Shown piece by piece: positions 52,421-61,588 of a DNA stretch of 64,000 bases (the stretch's first letter is position 1; every line of letters begins with the position of its first letter). This DNA comes from an uncultured Bryobacteraceae bacterium (GTDB lineage: Bacteria; Acidobacteriota; Terriglobia; Bryobacterales; Bryobacteraceae). The notes under the pieces are model-generated. The model was not told the DNA's origin. It saw nothing but the letters and a program-made list of their open reading frames with translations, and searched no databases. Location of the stretch: the NCBI GenBank assembly GCA_964248405.1, contig CAXTYH010000005.1:41631-105630 (forward strand), given 5' to 3'. The position numbers were made by a program, and so were the translations under genes.

Positions 52421-53605
52421 ATGCCTGGTAAGAAGATCGGCATTTTGACTGGGGGCGGGGATGTGCCCGGCCTCAATTCAGTAATCAAGAATGTGGTTTA
52501 TCGGAGCACCAGTGACGGCCATGAAGTAACCGGAATCCGCCTTGGCTGGAAAGGTCTAACCGATCTGAACTTTGACGACCCGGAAAGTGTGAAGCGGTTT
52601 GTGTTGCCTTTGAACCGAGCGAACACGCGCACTATCGATCGCACGGGTGGAACATTCCTGCATACCAGCCGCACCAGTCCCACCAAGATGAAGAAGGTGC
52701 CGAGTTTCCTGAATGCTGCTGATTTCCCTTCCGCGCAGACCACCAAGGAAGGAGTCACCAGCACTACTTACGATATGAGTAAGCGTGTGCTGGCTAATCT
52801 GGAAAAGCTCGAGATCGATCATCTGATTGCCATCGGCGGCGACGATACGCTCAGTTACGCCGCAGTTTTGAATTCTTTAGGATTTAAAATCATCGGGATT
52901 CCCAAGACCATGGATAACGATGTGCAGAGTACCGAATACTGCATTGGTTTTTCCACCGCGATCTCACGTGCCCAGGAAGCGATTCAGAGACAGCGCACCA
53001 CGGTCGGCTCGCATGAGAGGGTTGGAATCTTTCGTGTATTCGGCCGCGATGCCGGCTACACGGCGCTCTACACCGCGTATGTCACCTCCATCCGGTGCGG
53101 TATCCCGGAATATAAGTTTAATGTCGATCGCATGATCGAGTTATTGATGAACGACAAGCGAAACAACTCGAGCAATTACTGCCTGGTGATTTTCTCTGAG
53201 GGGGCACAGTGGGAAGGCTATCAGCTGAAAGAGTACGGTGAGCCGGATGCGTATGGCCATCGTAAGAAGTTCAGCATCGGGGAAGCGTTCGCCGAGGTCA
53301 TTACCGAGAAGACAGGTTCTGAGACGGTGGTGAGCGACCTGACGTACGACCTGAGAAGCGGCGCCCCTGATTTTCTCGACACTCTGGTGGCTACAAGCTT
53401 CGGCACCATGGCGTACTCGGCCATTGCAGAAGGTAAGAGCGGATTGATGGCGTCGATCACCGACGGCAAGTTTGCAATGGTGCCCATTCCCGATTCCAAG
53501 ATTGGACCCCGTCACGTTGATGTAGAGACCATGTATAACAAAGACCGCTATCGACCCAGCTACACCAGCAAGCAGGGTTTGCCCGTGTTCCTGACGCACG
53601 CTTAA
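52421..53605 (+). CDS. pfk: 6-phosphofructokinase, with the residue signature of PPi-dependent enzymes
   Basis: KIGILTGGGDVPGLNSVI, IAIGGDDTLSYA and GIPKTMDNDV. GGDD and PKT (instead of GGDG and PGT) are the textbook PPi-type residues. Confidence 0.88.
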   Translation: MPGKKIGILTGGGDVPGLNSVIKNVVYRSTSDGHEVTGIRLGWKGLTDLNFDDPESVKRFVLPLNRANTRTIDRTGGTFLHTSRTSPTKMKKVPSFLNAADFPSAQTTKEGVTSTTYDMSKRVLANLEKLEIDHLIAIGGDDTLSYAAVLNSLGFKIIGIPKTMDNDVQSTEYCIGFSTAISRAQEAIQRQRTTVGSHERVGIFRVFGRDAGYTALYTAYVTSIRCGIPEYKFNVDRMIELLMNDKRNNSSNYCLVIFSEGAQWEGYQLKEYGEPDAYGHRKKFSIGEAFAEVITEKTGSETVVSDLTYDLRSGAPDFLDTLVATSFGTMAYSAIAEGKSGLMASITDGKFAMVPIPDSKIGPRHVDVETMYNKDRYRPSYTSKQGLPVFLTHA

Positions 53606-54858
53606 TGGCCGGCGATTGTGAAGGTAGGGGGCCCGAGTCGCTCCCTTGCTGCGAAGTTGTTCAGGCGCAGGGTCACCTGATCGATTCCCACATCATGGAG
53701 CAAATCTTCGATTCGGTGGTCGAGTTTGGCGGCCGGTTCGAAGTCGAGCAGTTTTCCATTGGGCGCACCAACAGCGAGCCCTCTTCTCTGCGGCTGCGCG
53801 TAGAAGCGGGAACGCAGGACCAGATGGAACGCATGCTGACCCAGCTGCTGGGCCTGGGATGCGCTCCGGTGGACGCCGGCGAGGCGGAACTGAAGCTGGC
53901 CGAACGCGATGCGTGCGCGCCGGAAGATTTCTATTCCACTACCAACCAGCGCACGCTTGTTTACCATCAGGGACAATGGCTGGAGGCTTCTAATCAGCGC
54001 ATGGACGCCACCGTAGTGGTGCGCGATGGCCGGGCAGTTTGTCGCCGCCTGCGCGATATCAAAGCCGGGGATCCGGTGGTGACAGGCACGCGGGGGATCC
54101 GGGTGGTTCCCGAAGCAAAAGAGCGCGACCGAATGGCGTTCTCGTTCATGAGCAACGAGATTTCTTCGGAACGCCAGGTGGAGATGGCGGTGAACCAAAC
54201 CGCTGCGATCATGCGACAGGCACGTGAGGCGGCCCGCAAGATCGTCGCTGTGGCAGGTCCGGTTGTCGTACACACCGGAGGCGGAGAGCCGCTCTCCCGG
54301 TTGATTCGCCATGGTTGGATCGATGCTCTGCTGGCAGGGAATGCGTTGGCCGTGCACGACATTGAATCAGCGCTGCTGGGGACATCGTTGGGCGTGCGCA
54401 CACAGGATGGTCGGCTGGAAGAGCACGGTCATCGCAATCATATGCGGGCGATCAACGCGATCAATCATGCGGGCGGGATAGCGGAGGCGGTGGCCAGTGG
54501 CCGGTTGGCTAAGGGCGTCATGTATGAGTGCGTGAAGGCCGGTATTCCTTTCGTCCTGGCCGGCAGCCTGCGTGACGATGGTCCTTTGCCCGGCGTGATT
54601 ACCGATATGAACCTGGCGCAGGATGCGTATGCGGCGCAAGTGCGTGAGGCAGGGGTCGTTCTCTGTCTTAGCTCCATGCTGCACTCCATCGCCATTGGAA
54701 ACATGCTGCCGGCATGGGTGAAAATTGTATGCGTTGACATCAATCCGGCGGTACCCACAAAGGTCAGCGATCGCGGGACCGGGCATGCTGTCGGAGTGGT
54801 CACCGATGTTGGATTGTTTCTTGAACTGCTATCGCAGAAGATGATTCCGCGAGCTTAG
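53605..54858 (+). CDS. TIGR00300 / LOR-SDH family protein (possible ornithine cyclodeaminase-type enzyme)
   Basis: 417 aa. N-terminal GHLIDSHIMEQIFDSVVEFGGRFEVEQFSIGRT and a C-terminal Rossmann-like half (VAVAGPVVVHTGGG ... GIPFVLAGSLRDDGPLP) as I recall for this family. The ATG overlaps the pfk TAA (TAATG). Confidence 0.6.
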   Translation: MAGDCEGRGPESLPCCEVVQAQGHLIDSHIMEQIFDSVVEFGGRFEVEQFSIGRTNSEPSSLRLRVEAGTQDQMERMLTQLLGLGCAPVDAGEAELKLAERDACAPEDFYSTTNQRTLVYHQGQWLEASNQRMDATVVVRDGRAVCRRLRDIKAGDPVVTGTRGIRVVPEAKERDRMAFSFMSNEISSERQVEMAVNQTAAIMRQAREAARKIVAVAGPVVVHTGGGEPLSRLIRHGWIDALLAGNALAVHDIESALLGTSLGVRTQDGRLEEHGHRNHMRAINAINHAGGIAEAVASGRLAKGVMYECVKAGIPFVLAGSLRDDGPLPGVITDMNLAQDAYAAQVREAGVVLCLSSMLHSIAIGNMLPAWVKIVCVDINPAVPTKVSDRGTGHAVGVVTDVGLFLELLSQKMIPRA

Positions 54859-54866
54859 TCAGCCTT

Positions 54867-55262
54867 ATGAGTACCGATTCTCCCTACACCGATGAACATG
54901 CAGAAGCCGGCGTCAACGCCCAGCTTCCCGCCATTGAAGTCTGGCCCAACCAGTATCGCGGCTACCAGATTGAGATCGTGATGCCGGAATTCACATCCAT
55001 CTGTCCCAAGACAGGTCTTCCGGATCACGGCACCCTGCGTCTGGTCTATACGCCGGATGAAGTTTGTCTTGAGCTGAAGTCTTTAAAGATGTACACGCTG
55101 GCTTATCGCAATTTAGGCATCTTTCAGGAAAATAGCGTGAACAAGATGCTGGCCGATGTGGTGAAGGCTACGAACCCGATTGAGGCAACCGTGATCGGCG
55201 ACTGGGCAGCGCGCGGCGGCATCTCAACCCGGATCACCGCAACCTTCAAAAGACCGCAGTAG
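54867..55262 (+). CDS. queF: NADPH-dependent 7-cyano-7-deazaguanine reductase (type I QueF)
   Basis: 131 aa. EFTSICPKTGLPDHGTLRLVY is the QueF motif with the catalytic Cys. Confidence 0.92.
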   Translation: MSTDSPYTDEHAEAGVNAQLPAIEVWPNQYRGYQIEIVMPEFTSICPKTGLPDHGTLRLVYTPDEVCLELKSLKMYTLAYRNLGIFQENSVNKMLADVVKATNPIEATVIGDWAARGGISTRITATFKRPQ

Positions 55263-55278
55263 TACAGAGGAGGCTCAC

Positions 55279-56256
55279 GTGCATCAACTCCGGTGGCACG
55301 CTTTGTTGCAGCAATGGGTGGTGGTGACCACTGCCCGGCAGAATCGTCCGCAGATGCCTGCTAACTGGTGTCCGTTCGATCCCGGTTCAGGTAAAGTGCC
55401 GGATCATTATGACGTCTACCTGTATCCCAACGACTTTCCAGCCTTTTCGTCCGATGCTGATCCGTTCGATCCGGAGGCCCAGCCGGGGCTGTTCGGCGAA
55501 ACCGGTCCGAGGGGCGCCTGCGATGTTGTTCTGTACTCGCCGGAGCATACGCTTCCACCCTCCAAGCTGACGGTAGCGAACTGGCTGAAGATTGTGGATC
55601 TATGGACGGAGCGAACGCGCCACTACCAGGCTAACCCGGATATCGCGCTGATCGCGGTGTTCGAAAACTGTGGCGAGGCAGTCGGCGTTACCATGCCGCA
55701 TCCGCATGGACAGATCTATGCCATGCCGTTCGTCTCTCCAACGGTGGAGAAGGAACTCGCCTCCACCCAGCACTATGCTGAGGGCCACGGGGGTGCTTGT
55801 CTCTTCTGCGATCTGCTGGGAGGCGAACTCGCCGACAAGAGACGCATTGTGGTTGAGAATGCGGATTTCGTGGCGTTTGTTCCGTATGCAGCGCGCTTTC
55901 CGGCAGAGATCTCAATCTACTCGCGCCGCCACCTGCGGACTCTGCTTCAGCTGACCGAAGGGGAACGAAGCAGTCTGGCTGAAATCATCAGCATCATTCG
56001 CAAGAAGTATGACAACTTGTATGGCTTTCTAATGCCGCTGATGATGGCAGTAAAACAAGGGCCGCTGAAACAGCAAGACCCGCCTTACCATCTGCACATT
56101 CAGTTTCTGCCCTTGCAGCGAAGCGCCAACAAGCTGAAGTTTCTGGCCACCATCGAAACCGGTTATGGAACATTTCTGGCTGACACGGCGCCGGAGGAGA
56201 TGGCCGAAAATTTGCGGCGGTCAGAGCCGGTGACTCAGCCTTACTCCGGTTCATAG
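55279..56256 (+). CDS. galT: galactose-1-phosphate uridylyltransferase (HIT superfamily)
   Basis: 325 aa. CPFDPGSG (zinc site region), VFENCGEAVGVTMPHPHGQIYA (HxHxQ active site). GTG start. Confidence 0.88.
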   Translation: MHQLRWHALLQQWVVVTTARQNRPQMPANWCPFDPGSGKVPDHYDVYLYPNDFPAFSSDADPFDPEAQPGLFGETGPRGACDVVLYSPEHTLPPSKLTVANWLKIVDLWTERTRHYQANPDIALIAVFENCGEAVGVTMPHPHGQIYAMPFVSPTVEKELASTQHYAEGHGGACLFCDLLGGELADKRRIVVENADFVAFVPYAARFPAEISIYSRRHLRTLLQLTEGERSSLAEIISIIRKKYDNLYGFLMPLMMAVKQGPLKQQDPPYHLHIQFLPLQRSANKLKFLATIETGYGTFLADTAPEEMAENLRRSEPVTQPYSGS

Positions 56257-56501
56257 GGCTTCAGGCGGTGCTCCGCCAAAACCGCCCGCGCTGCCGCTAG
56301 ATCCTTGGGAGCGACGTAGAAAAACGCTCCCGTTAAATCACGTCGCATGATAAATCCGCCTGTGTAGGTACCGGTCTCAACGAGATAGTCCACTCCGGCC
56401 GCGGTTAGATAGTTTTCCATTGTAAGCGCGTCACTGAGGCGTCGCGCCATATAAACAAGGTCGAGTTCGGCCTCGCCGAAGTAGTCCGTTTCCTTTCGCA
56501 T
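56241..56501 (-). CDS. small hypothetical protein
   Basis: 86-aa ORF convergent with, and overlapping by 16 nt, the galT 3' end. No motif recognised. Confidence 0.35.
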   Translation of the reverse strand: MRKETDYFGEAELDLVYMARRLSDALTMENYLTAAGVDYLVETGTYTGGFIMRRDLTGAFFYVAPKDLAAARAVLAEHRLKPYEPE

Positions 56502-56853
56502 GCTCCTTCGTTTCGGCTCCGTGAACGGCAGCAGACTTCGCTACCGATGTGTCAGCTTTCAGTATCGGAGATTAGGTTTGGGAGTGGGTCCGTAGCAGGC
56601 GCATGCGAACGCGCAGAGCGACAAAGAGCCGTCAGAGCTTCTGGGCCTGTCCCCTGGCGTGAGACAAACGGTTAAGACACAGTTGACCGGCCGCGGCTTT
56701 GTCTCCCAACGCGGAGCTCATCAGGAAAGTCAGTGAAGGATGATAGATGACGGTTAACTGATTTCAACTGACCTCAAAGTTTAAGGTACCTTCTAAGTAG
56801 CTTTGATGTAGAGTGGATGCACCAATAATTGCGGGCAGAACAGAGGCGGCAAG

Positions 56854-57423
56854 ATGAGCATTCCTTTTTCGAGATCGATGCAACGACCGAGGCGCAATGG
56901 AATCCTATCTCCCAGGCATTGGACCGTCGCACTGATTGTTTTGTGCGGCTGTAACAGTCTGACTCTAGGACAAAATACGGTTGAAGACGACGTGTTGTAC
57001 AGGCATCTGTTTCGGCATGTGGCGCATTATGATGTGTTGGCAACCAAGACAGAACTCAGCGGCAAGCCTTCTGCGCTCCGGCACGCCTTCCGTCGAAAAC
57101 TATCTCTCAATCCAAGTGAGGAGCAGGATTTGAATGAACTCGCAGCCCAATGCATGGCTGAGATCCATTTGCTCGATTTACAAGCACAGGCTATTTTGAT
57201 TACGTTTCACAAGCAGTATCCGACAAACGTCCCTCTCCCTGCCGGAGTACGTGCACCTCCCTTACCGTCCGGCTTAGCTGATTTGTCAGCTCAGCGCCGG
57301 AGGGTAGCTCTGGCCTATCGAAATCGTCTGCATGTAGCGCTTGGCGATCAAAGATTTGCCGAGGTTCATGCTGTTTTGAAACGAACTGTTGCCCCAGAAA
57401 TTTCGGTGACAACGGCTCGTTGA
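56854..57423 (+). CDS. putative lipoprotein, unknown function
   Basis: 189 aa. Lipobox-like ALIVLCGCNS. Helical remainder. Confidence 0.5.
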   Translation: MSIPFSRSMQRPRRNGILSPRHWTVALIVLCGCNSLTLGQNTVEDDVLYRHLFRHVAHYDVLATKTELSGKPSALRHAFRRKLSLNPSEEQDLNELAAQCMAEIHLLDLQAQAILITFHKQYPTNVPLPAGVRAPPLPSGLADLSAQRRRVALAYRNRLHVALGDQRFAEVHAVLKRTVAPEISVTTAR

Positions 57424-57458
57424 AGTCAGACTCCCTTGCAGACAGGAGCTTACCTATT

Positions 57459-57947
57459 ATGACTATGCAAAAATTTCTCGCCTTTTCAGCGTTAGTGGTT
57501 CTCGTAGCACTGGGACTTGTCGCTCCTGCATCCGCTCAGGAAATATCAGGCTGGACATCAGTCGAATGGGACAGCAGCTCGCAGATCGTATCGGTCTATG
57601 CAGAAACTGATTTCGATTACGTTGCAGAAGGTTACTACATACCAAGGGTATCTACAACGGTCACAGATGATCAGGGCAATATCATTGCATCGCAGGTAGC
57701 CTCTGCACCACAAGATGGTGATGACACAGTGGCTGCAATTGATCTGTCGTTTCCTGGTACCCTAGGGCGGACCTACACAGCAAATTCCACACACTCAGCC
57801 AAATCGACTTCAGTAACATTTATCCCTGTCCGCTCCCTTGCCGACCCTATACACTGTACGAGGATTATTACAACTTCTGGTCATTTAGCGCCGACCCGGG
57901 AGATTACGGCTCCCAGGATGATTTCGTTGGTCCGGGACCTTTCCTAG
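57459..57947 (+). CDS. secreted hypothetical protein; possibly the N-terminal part of the downstream M15 peptidase gene
   Basis: Signal peptide MTMQKFLAFSALVVLVALGLVAPASAQE. The last ~45 codons look non-protein-like, while the frame of the next gene is already open from 57743. Confidence 0.5.
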   Translation: MTMQKFLAFSALVVLVALGLVAPASAQEISGWTSVEWDSSSQIVSVYAETDFDYVAEGYYIPRVSTTVTDDQGNIIASQVASAPQDGDDTVAAIDLSFPGTLGRTYTANSTHSAKSTSVTFIPVRSLADPIHCTRIITTSGHLAPTREITAPRMISLVRDLS

Positions 57948-58000
57948 AAGTTCGTCAACAAGTCCCTCATGTTCCTTCTACGCATAGCTTCGCAGCTGAG

Positions 58001-58612
58001 TTGCTGGCACTTCCTTGCGGAGACAGCCGAGATCAACTAAGAGCCGAATACCCGACTTTTCACGTGGCTCTGAGTCCGCTATGTTCAGACTTTGACAATA
58101 CCGTCTACACCCAGTACTTCAGCAATTTGGAACTATCTAAGAACGAAGATCCAGCATATGGCTGGACCCTTTTGACAGCAAGTATGCTCACTTACCTCGA
58201 TAACTGGCGAGTCAAATACGGCCAACCTATGACAATTAATAGCGCGTACCGGAACCCTTACCATAACTTCCACCTTTCCCAGGGAAGGCAGGGTGCTTAT
58301 AACAGTCGACACATGTTCGGGGATGCCGTTGATATCGCGAATCCAACGAGGGATTTGGGGGGCCGTGACGCGCTAATACGTGCTTTAGCTCCCAAAGGCG
58401 ATCCCACATTTAGGGACTACCTCGAGCCAATTTCTGGGCCTTGTGGAATGGGGTGCGTGCATGCCGACTGGAGAAATCATCTACAAACCTATGCTCACAC
58501 ACTGATCGCAGACATCAACTTTCAGCTTAACGCTGTCTTCGGCTTTTTAAATCGAATTGTCGAATCTCCTACGGCGAGTACCGGGGCCAAGTTCTGGGAG
58601 GTTCGAAAATGA
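58001..58612 (+). CDS. peptidase M15 (VanY/YcbK-like zinc D,D- or L,D-peptidase) domain protein
   Basis: INSAYRNPYHNF...NSRHMFGDAVDI (the SxHxxGxAxD zinc motif) and CVHADWR (the HxD motif). The TTG start is only the first start codon in a frame open since 57743. Confidence 0.75.
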   Translation: MLALPCGDSRDQLRAEYPTFHVALSPLCSDFDNTVYTQYFSNLELSKNEDPAYGWTLLTASMLTYLDNWRVKYGQPMTINSAYRNPYHNFHLSQGRQGAYNSRHMFGDAVDIANPTRDLGGRDALIRALAPKGDPTFRDYLEPISGPCGMGCVHADWRNHLQTYAHTLIADINFQLNAVFGFLNRIVESPTASTGAKFWEVRK

Positions 58613-59421
58613 ACGTAAGACAGCTAATTTCCTTCCTGCTCATCGTTGCTAGTTCCATCTTTGCGGCACCACCGGCCAGCCTTGCGGACGCTGTTCAAAA
58701 AGACCTCGAACAGTTCAAAGTCGAGGACTGGACACAACGATCTGCCGGCTTCTACGACGTGGTTCACCAAGGCGTGACGATAGAGGGCGGCCGTAGCCAA
58801 TTTCCCCCGGCGGACGGGATACTGGCGCTCCTTCGACATAACGTGGTACCAAGGCCGAAACTCTCCAAGGCGCTAATTGACCTGCTGGCCATTGAAACCG
58901 ACCTGATGTACTCAGGAAAAGGTCCTTCTTCCGAAGATTTTTCCGAATACTTCGCCGACCTGATTATGGCGGTGTCTATCCTGAAGGACAAAACCGCCAT
59001 GCCTACGTTATTTCGATGCATTAACACCGGCGGAATGGCTATGGAAGCCTTGGCAGGCTTTGGGGATGACACACTGACGACGGCGCTCAAGCTGCTTCCC
59101 TCCGACGATTGGGAGACACGACACAGTCTTTTCGACTTAATCGCTTATATGGCAGTGCCGAAGAACTTTCAAACTCTCTCTTCCGACTCTCAAAATAAGC
59201 TATTAGCCGCTCTAATCAAAGGAGCTAGCGACGCTGATTACTCCTTCCGGGTTATCGCAGCAAGTGGTCTCAGCAATTTCAGCTCACCAGAAGCAGTCCA
59301 GGTCGTGCGCAAGCTAGCCCAAGAAGACAAGTACTCGGTTACGGACGGAAAGATAACGCGTTACCCAGTACGAGAGGCTGCGGCGCAAGCGCTAGAGAAG
59401 CAGCAAACTTCTCCCTTCTAG
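58609..59421 (+). CDS. secreted HEAT/ARM-like repeat protein
   Basis: 270 aa. Signal peptide (LISFLLIVASSIFAAPPASLA), helical repeats ending RYPVREAAAQALEK (HEAT-like). ATGA overlap with the peptidase stop. Confidence 0.6.
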   Translation: MNVRQLISFLLIVASSIFAAPPASLADAVQKDLEQFKVEDWTQRSAGFYDVVHQGVTIEGGRSQFPPADGILALLRHNVVPRPKLSKALIDLLAIETDLMYSGKGPSSEDFSEYFADLIMAVSILKDKTAMPTLFRCINTGGMAMEALAGFGDDTLTTALKLLPSDDWETRHSLFDLIAYMAVPKNFQTLSSDSQNKLLAALIKGASDADYSFRVIAASGLSNFSSPEAVQVVRKLAQEDKYSVTDGKITRYPVREAAAQALEKQQTSPF

Positions 59422-59610
59422 AAGGTAGACTGCTCGGTGATTCTCGGACCTCCGTAACTGGGCCACTGCACTGCGATCCGTTGAATCGCGTCCCGCAATT
59501 GCATGTCGGCATCGCACCTCGGAGCAGCATTCTCGTCCAGGCGATAGTCTGAGTCATAGAGGGGCGTCAACATCCAGTGAAGCTCTCTGCAAGGGAAAAA
59601 CGCTGGCCGG

Positions 59611-60324
59611 TCAGACCCGGGGCGGAGTAGTAATCACGATAGCGCGCGCCGGCGCATCCGAGCGGCCGTGGTAGGAGTGTGCCTGAGACGAATCAAAGTA
59701 GACGCTATCGCCAGTCTCCAGCAGATGCTCTTCACCTTGGTACTGAATAGAGACGGCTCCCGTTAAGACGTGGATAAACTCAGAGCCGTCATGTGCATGC
59801 TCACGCGCCGAGTTGCTGTCCTGCGGAAAGTCTGCCAGATAGGCGGACATGTTCTTATCAATCGCGCCGTAGGCAAGAACTTCAAAGAAGTAGCCAGGGC
59901 AGGGCTCATCGGCGAACTCTGGGAATCGCAGGCGCTCCCCGGCTCGGGTAATCGCAAACACACGTTTGGGTCGCTTTTCACCGAAGAAGAACTCGAGCCC
60001 GACATCGAACACCATCGCGATCCGCGCCAGCGTTGGCAGAGTCGGGATCAGCTTTCCGTTCTCCAGTTGTGAGAGCATGGAAGCCGAGAGCCCAGTATGC
60101 CTGCCCAGGTCTACGAGCGCTATTTTTTTGCGCAGGCGAAGCTGTCGGAGCTTACTGCCGATATCGTAGCTGATCAGCACTCGGCGAATCATCTCCTCGC
60201 TGTGTTCAGCGGCCCGCAACTTCCTTTCATCAACGGTAACATCAGCTCCCAGAATTTCGCTCCTGCTGAGACCATCTTCAGGCGTAGTTACCAAATTGGT
60301 TTGATCCAGCATGAAGTCGTTCAT
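59611..60324 (-). CDS. XRE-family HTH + cupin domain transcriptional regulator (intact copy)
   Basis: 237 aa. IGSKLRQLRLRKKIALVDLGRHTGLSASMLSQLENGK (HTH_3), then a cupin (HAHDGSEFIHVLTGAVSIQYQGEEHLLETGDSVYFDSSQAHSY). Confidence 0.88.
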   Translation of the reverse strand: MNDFMLDQTNLVTTPEDGLSRSEILGADVTVDERKLRAAEHSEEMIRRVLISYDIGSKLRQLRLRKKIALVDLGRHTGLSASMLSQLENGKLIPTLPTLARIAMVFDVGLEFFFGEKRPKRVFAITRAGERLRFPEFADEPCPGYFFEVLAYGAIDKNMSAYLADFPQDSNSAREHAHDGSEFIHVLTGAVSIQYQGEEHLLETGDSVYFDSSQAHSYHGRSDAPARAIVITTPPRV

Positions 60325-60338
60325 AGAGGCTTAATTGG

Positions 60339-60640
60339 ATGGATTCCCAAGCCCGGCGACGGATGCAAAACCCGTACCGAAGTGAAGTGTCGGATGACTC
60401 TCTGGTAGAGCTTTGCAAGCTCGGGGATCAGACCGCATTTAGTGAATTGATGCGCCGGCATCACTCAGCAGCTCTGAAGGTTGCACTATTGATTGTTCGA
60501 GATAAGTCAGATGCTGAGGACGAGGTTCAAAATGCATTCTGGAAGCATTTGACCATATCGGTCAGTTCAGAAGTAGCGCAAGTGCTTGCCCAGGAGATTC
60601 GCAAGACGCCGCCGCGAAAAGCCGCTTTCGAGTTCCGCGA
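60339..60640 (+). pseudogene. decayed copy of the ECF sigma factor gene at 62489
   Basis: The first ~215 nt are near-identical to 62489 onward. Then come a 1-nt deletion (ggaaagc to ggaagc), a ~182-nt deletion between gttca repeats and a ~88-nt deletion between gccgccgc repeats. Regions 2.2 to 4 are lost. Confidence 0.8.
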
Positions 60641-60776
60641 AGATGTCTCCAATCAGCTTTTTTTTGAGAGTGACTCAACCCGCGCGGGCAGAGGAGCCAG
60701 ACGACCATCATCTTCGGCCTCCTGATCAAGCTCAACGACTAACACTAATCAGCGTTGCGTGGGATCACTCGCGGAT

Positions 60777-61373
60777 TCATGGCTTTGTTGCCTCACCATC
60801 TTTTACTCCGAAGTCAGGAACTCCGCCGCCTTGGCTTACTCGTACTGTCCCTATGCTGCGAGGCGTTCCAAGAATCACCGGGGATTCCCATATGACATCA
60901 ACTTCAAAATTTTCAACAAGCGCATCGCGACCCACAAATCTAGGCTCGCTTTCGAACTTCTGAATTTTTACTCTGTAATATCGGAAGTCCCTCCAAGACT
61001 GTTCGGTCCAATCGAAAAAATCCACTAAAGTCACCTTTAGGTCACCCAAAGTGAAGCGTCCGTCAAATGCCTCCCAACATTCTCCTGGTTGATTGTCAAA
61101 CCCGACATCAATACGCAGGGAAGAAAATCGTGCGTTGGAGCCGCGTCCAAGATTAGGTACAACGTGATACTCCTCTCCAAAAATATGGCCGGAATGCCCT
61201 ATTTCCGGTGCTAACCTGTCTAAAACTAACGCGTTAAAAAGCGGGAGCTTAAGCGTGTTGAACTGATCTGCCAACTCGGCATCTTTTTCCTCCCGCGAAC
61301 CCCAAAAATAAATGTTCCAAATGTCACGTAGTGCGAGGCGGTATTGCTGGACTATATCGGAAGCATAGGTCAT
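60777..61373 (-). CDS. orphan 198-aa protein, no recognisable domain (intact copy)
   Basis: Uninterrupted ORF with protein-like composition. Its duplicate at 61589..62184 differs by scattered substitutions plus one frameshift. Confidence 0.65.
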   Translation of the reverse strand: MTYASDIVQQYRLALRDIWNIYFWGSREEKDAELADQFNTLKLPLFNALVLDRLAPEIGHSGHIFGEEYHVVPNLGRGSNARFSSLRIDVGFDNQPGECWEAFDGRFTLGDLKVTLVDFFDWTEQSWRDFRYYRVKIQKFESEPRFVGRDALVENFEVDVIWESPVILGTPRSIGTVRVSQGGGVPDFGVKDGEATKP

Positions 61374-61588
61374 AAGTGTTTACCAAATAGCAGGGAGCAA
61401 CTCGTAGTCTGGGCCGGGTTCGCTAAGACCCTCCAAGCCGCCTTCGAGTTCCGCGAAGATCTCTCCAATCAGCTTTTTTGAGAGTGACTCAAACCGCCGG
61501 CAGAGGAGCCAGCAGACCATCATCTTCGGCCTCCTGATCAAGCTCAACGACTAACACTAATCAGCGTTGCGTGGGATCACTCGCGGAT

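Noticed and set aside
53602-54357. 251-aa antisense ORF opposite the TIGR00300-family gene
   Set aside because: No motif and GC-driven composition. The sense gene is translationally coupled to pfk.
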